NCBI GenBank assembly: GCA_051061375.1
Contig: JBPFDW010000020.1
Span: 139,046-203,045 of the forward strand
Origin: Methylocystis sp.
GTDB lineage: Bacteria; Pseudomonadota; Alphaproteobacteria; Rhizobiales; Beijerinckiaceae
Direction of reading: 5' to 3'
Length of the DNA: 64,000 nucleotides
Positions 59,233 through 64,000 of this stretch are shown here, piece after piece. The position numbers were made by a program, and so were the translations under genes. The notes below the pieces were generated by a model that was not told the DNA's origin, did no database searches, and worked only from the letters and a program-made list of their open reading frames with translations. Numbering within the stretch: position 1 is the stretch's first letter; the number at the start of each line of letters is the position of its first letter.

Positions 59233-60477
59233 CTATCGCAGCGCCAGCTTGCGGCCTTCCTTGCGGCCGAACAGCTCATAGTGGGCGAGAGGATTCATCC
59301 CTTTCCGCGCCACGTCCGGGTTTTGTCGAAGATATCCATCCGTCGAGAAAAACGGTCCCGGATCGAAGCCCTCTTTCGCCCCGTGGAGGAGATAATGCAT
59401 GGCGGCGTCGCCCGCGAACCAGACGCGTTCGGCGTAGAAGGCGGGGTCGAAGAGGACGGAGCTTCTGACGGCGAAATAGGGTTTGACCAGCGTCACGTCG
59501 CGCCTGCGCAGCAATAATTCGAAGGCTCTCGGCGCCGCCAGAGCGCGGTGGAGGCGAGACCTCGCGAAACGCTGCGACATGTTCTCGAAAATTTGACCGA
59601 TGCGCTCGGTCTCGAGGACATTCGCTTCGTCGAAGATGATGTGCTCAAGGATTTTCTGGCGATCGGCGTAATGCGCGGCGGTCTCCTGCGGCGAGAAGGT
59701 CTTGTACGAGTCGAGGCGCAAATGCGCGTAGAATCCTCCTTGCACCTTATCGTCGATCACCTCCTCGACGATGAAGGGCGACAGGCCGAGAAAATAGGCG
59801 TCGGTCAGGAGCAGTCTGAAACTGTTCGGCGTGAAGGCGGAGCAATGAACGTCGAAATAGGTTTCGTCGTCTTCCACTCGCTTTCTCGCCCAATCGTCGA
59901 ACGCTTCGCGCAAATTTCGTTCGGCGACGAAGCTGAAGCCGGCGGCGGACGCTTCCTCGCCGGCGCCTCTCGCGATCATGCTGACCTGCTCGAAGATCTG
60001 AGCGTCGGTCGGACGTTCCCTCTCCTCGAAAAACGCTTCGATCCAGGCGGAGAGGCTGGTGCGCGGCCGATAAAAATCCAAGCAGCCGCTTTTGTCGGGA
60101 ACCACGATCGAGAGAAAGCCGCCCTGTTTGAGCACGCGCCCGCAGGCCTGCAGAAATCTTATCGGATTGGGAAGATGCTCGAAATTATTGGCGGAGATGA
60201 TGTAGTCGAAAGATTCGGTCTCCCCCGCGTCGCGGCATAATTCATCGATGCGCATGGCGTCGCCGACGAGATCGATCGGTTCGACCTGAGCGGCCTGTTC
60301 GGGCGTTAGAAACGGGTCGGCGGCGGCGCGACGCTTGATGGTCTCCGTGTCGAACACGTCGAGATAGAGGCAATTGTAACCGTCGCGCTTGGCGGCGAGG
60401 GGCGAGAAATAAGGGCCGAGTTCGATCCCTCGCGCGTCTTTGGCGGCATGTTTGAGAATGTCATCTCGGCGGCTCAT
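59233..60477 (-). CDS. SAM-dependent methyltransferase-like protein with C-terminal NPDV/HY..G.EGR repeats
   Basis: GIELGP, FDYII....FEHLPNP and VPDK; tail FDPAFY..HYL.HG.KEG.DP...F....YL..NPDV....NPL.HY..FG..EGR. Confidence 0.75.
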   Translation of the reverse strand: MSRRDDILKHAAKDARGIELGPYFSPLAAKRDGYNCLYLDVFDTETIKRRAAADPFLTPEQAAQVEPIDLVGDAMRIDELCRDAGETESFDYIISANNFEHLPNPIRFLQACGRVLKQGGFLSIVVPDKSGCLDFYRPRTSLSAWIEAFFEERERPTDAQIFEQVSMIARGAGEEASAAGFSFVAERNLREAFDDWARKRVEDDETYFDVHCSAFTPNSFRLLLTDAYFLGLSPFIVEEVIDDKVQGGFYAHLRLDSYKTFSPQETAAHYADRQKILEHIIFDEANVLETERIGQIFENMSQRFARSRLHRALAAPRAFELLLRRRDVTLVKPYFAVRSSVLFDPAFYAERVWFAGDAAMHYLLHGAKEGFDPGPFFSTDGYLRQNPDVARKGMNPLAHYELFGRKEGRKLALR

Positions 60478-60551
60478 GCTTTGCTCAATCGCTTTCGCGG
60501 CGAAAATTATCGGCGCCCGAAGACGCTAGCCTTGCGATGAGAAAGCGCCGG

Positions 60552-61352
60552 TCAACTTTCCGGCGCTTCCCTCATCGTCCGCGCGACCGCCGCCGTTGCT
60601 CGGCCCTTTTCGACGATCGCCGCGAGCGAAGGGTCTTTCGCCACCGCCTCATCGATCAGCCGGTTGGACGTTTCCTCGATCTCGCGCGTCAGCCGGTCGA
60701 AAAAATCGCGCGTCTCCATGCCCGGCGCGATCAGCGGCAGGAATTCGATCACCACGGTTCCCGGCCGGACGATGAAGGACCGGCGCGGCCAAAAGAGCCC
60801 CGAATTTACCGCGACCGGCAGAACCGGCGTCTCCGTTGCGGCGTAAAGTTGGGCGACGCCGAACCTGTATTGCGGCGGCGCCCCGGCCGGACGGCGGGTG
60901 CCTTCGGGGAAAATGAAGAGCTGACGTCCCTGCGTGAAGATTTTCTTCGATTTGGCGATCAGCTGCGGCAGGAGCTTGCCGCCCTTGGCGCGATCGATGG
61001 CGATCTGCTCGGCGGCCAGCAGATACCAACCGAAAAAAGGCAGCCAGATCAGCTCGTGCTTCAAAATGTAGCTGAAGTCGGGAAAGCGGATCGGAAGAAC
61101 GAAGGTCTCCCAGATCGACTGATGCTTGCAGGCGACGATCACCGCCCCTTTCGGGATGTTCTCGATGCCGCGCCAGTCGATCTTCAGCCCGCAGATTTTA
61201 TCGAGCAGCCAGAGATTGGTGCGCCCCCAGGTGCGCCCGAGCTCCTGATTGATCTGGCGGCGCATCGGCATCGCCGGCAGCCAGATGATCATCAGCCCGA
61301 ACATGTTCAGGAAGAACAGAATCTGAAAAACGAGCGAGCGCAGGAAGAGCAT
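60552..61352 (-). CDS. plsC: 1-acyl-sn-glycerol-3-phosphate acyltransferase
   Basis: KHQS.WET, IDR, IFPEGTR and PVA.NSG. Confidence 0.9.
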   Translation of the reverse strand: MLFLRSLVFQILFFLNMFGLMIIWLPAMPMRRQINQELGRTWGRTNLWLLDKICGLKIDWRGIENIPKGAVIVACKHQSIWETFVLPIRFPDFSYILKHELIWLPFFGWYLLAAEQIAIDRAKGGKLLPQLIAKSKKIFTQGRQLFIFPEGTRRPAGAPPQYRFGVAQLYAATETPVLPVAVNSGLFWPRRSFIVRPGTVVIEFLPLIAPGMETRDFFDRLTREIEETSNRLIDEAVAKDPSLAAIVEKGRATAAVARTMREAPES

Positions 61353-61595
61353 TGGCGAGGTCGGGGGTAAGCAGGCGCCGGAGCGCTTTGTAGGCGCCAT
61401 GGCGCGCATAAACAAGGCCTATCGGAGTCGCGCCGACGGCCATCCGCCCAAGGCCGTCCCGCGCGACCGCGGCGCCTGTCATTTGCCTTCGGCCCGAATA
61501 ATGCTAAGAGCACCCGCCAACCCCTGACGGCGCAGGCCGTCAAATTTCCGTTCGCGGCCTCGCGCATGCGCCGCCGCTCAAAGGAGTTGGCGCCC

Positions 61596-63083
<1,488 letters not shown>

Positions 63084-63087
63084 GCAG

Positions 63088-63114
63088 AAAAAAAGGGCCG
63101 CGCAACGGCCCCTT
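63088..63114 (-). terminator. Rho-independent terminator oriented for a minus-strand transcript
   Basis: On the minus strand GGGCCG-TTGCG-CGGCCC followed by T7. Confidence 0.7.
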
Positions 63115-63690
63115 AAGACATGGGAGAAAAGTGAAGGACGAAAAGTGTCGTAGCAACAAGGCTTGAAAATTGAGCGTCAATTTTTTCCGAACGATGAGAG
63201 TAGGTGCGCCCGACGAATTCCCTGCGCCTCTCACTGCTCATCAAAAAGCTATGACGAAAATCCGCTTTACGCGTCATTCGAATAGGTGATGACCGAGGTT
63301 TTTTTGAAAGCGCCGGGCGGCGAGATCGCGATGATTTGGACGGATTCGACCGAAGGGGAGACGCCACCGCTCTCGTAAGATCACAAAGCGGCGTCTGCGC
63401 TGTCGCGGCGCGTTCTACGACCGCCGCCTGGCGGCGCGCTGGAGTTGTCGCCGGGAAAGTAGCGGGCCTCGCGACGACCCCAATCGAATAAAAAATTGAT
63501 CGTCGTAAATTTGCGTGAATGGCGAGCAGAAAATTGAGCGCGTAGTATCGAACCCCGAGTTACTGAAGCGTCCGCCGTAATTTCGTCCACCCCCCCGACG
63601 TTCAAAAAAAAAGTAAGACAAACGAAATGGGCCGGCATCATCCAAATGGATGAGACCAGCAAAAAATAATCTTAAATCAATTGTATACGC

Positions 63691-64000
63691 TTACCCGTCC
63701 TTGGGCCCGCCGAGCGCGGCGAGTCCGCCGAGAAGCGCGACCACTTCCGCTTGCCGATTGCATCCGGTCTTGTCCATCACGCCGCGCAGATGGGTGCGGA
63801 TGGTGTTGCGCGACACGGACTGCTCGGCGGCGATTTCTTCGAGCGTCTTGCCGGCGACCAGGCCGCGGGCGACGCGCGCCTCGGCGGGCGTAAGATCGTA
63901 AAGCGACTGAACCAGTTCGATCGCCGGAGCCTGGGGCGATCCCACGGGAGTCATCACCAGAACCGCCGCGCAGCGCACGAAAATGTCGCGCGCCGCGCCG
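63691..64000 (-). CDS. LuxR-type HTH transcriptional regulator, C-terminal part
   Basis: LYDLTPAEARVA..L..G....EIA....VS.NT.RTHL.....KTG..RQAE; frame runs off the window end. Confidence 0.9.
   Translation of the reverse strand, partial: GAARDIFVRCAAVLVMTPVGSPQAPAIELVQSLYDLTPAEARVARGLVAGKTLEEIAAEQSVSRNTIRTHLRGVMDKTGCNRQAEVVALLGGLAALGGPKDG

Noticed and set aside
63113-63367. 84-aa ORF ending in SPMS, like an IS481 tail
   Set aside because: Similarity is limited to four residues with no other transposase motif or IS end.

Overview
GC-rich alphaproteobacterial chromosome segment (Hyphomicrobiales; gene content and repeat families suggest a Methylocystis-like organism, by inference only). The backbone is core genes: rplS, leuC, erpA-dgt, argS-SPOR-nagZ-scpAB-tatABC-serS-surE-pcm-nlpD, zapE, ackA, yggT/yggU/mch, dnaB, rplI, an ABC transporter with tesA and thpR, plsC and guaB, plus tRNA-Asn(GTT) and tRNA-Ala(CGC). 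Small accessory cassettes interrupt this backbone. The best candidate for an uncharacterised system is a low-GC, tightly coupled three-gene operon (dual-OB-like protein plus two DUF488 proteins, 14619-16376). It lies between dgt and argS in tandem with a HicAB module, and the two cargoes are separated by a recombination scar made of diverged copies of the argS 5' region and the dgt 3' end. A second candidate is a small basic protein plus a frameshifted NDT/TIR-like gene beside tRNA-Asn. Other notable items: palindromic repeats recruited in-frame into tatB and serS, a 116-bp MITE-like family with compensatory stem changes, a ~1820-aa membrane-domain/GH94 phosphorylase fusion, a probable CDP-alcohol transferase pseudoenzyme, three tandem PRC-barrel paralogs, an IS481 remnant at tRNA-Ala, a CtrA box upstream of a compositionally mosaic dnaB, and a possible sRNA after guaB. 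No CRISPR array was seen. Family calls come from motif recognition by eye; no database searches were run.
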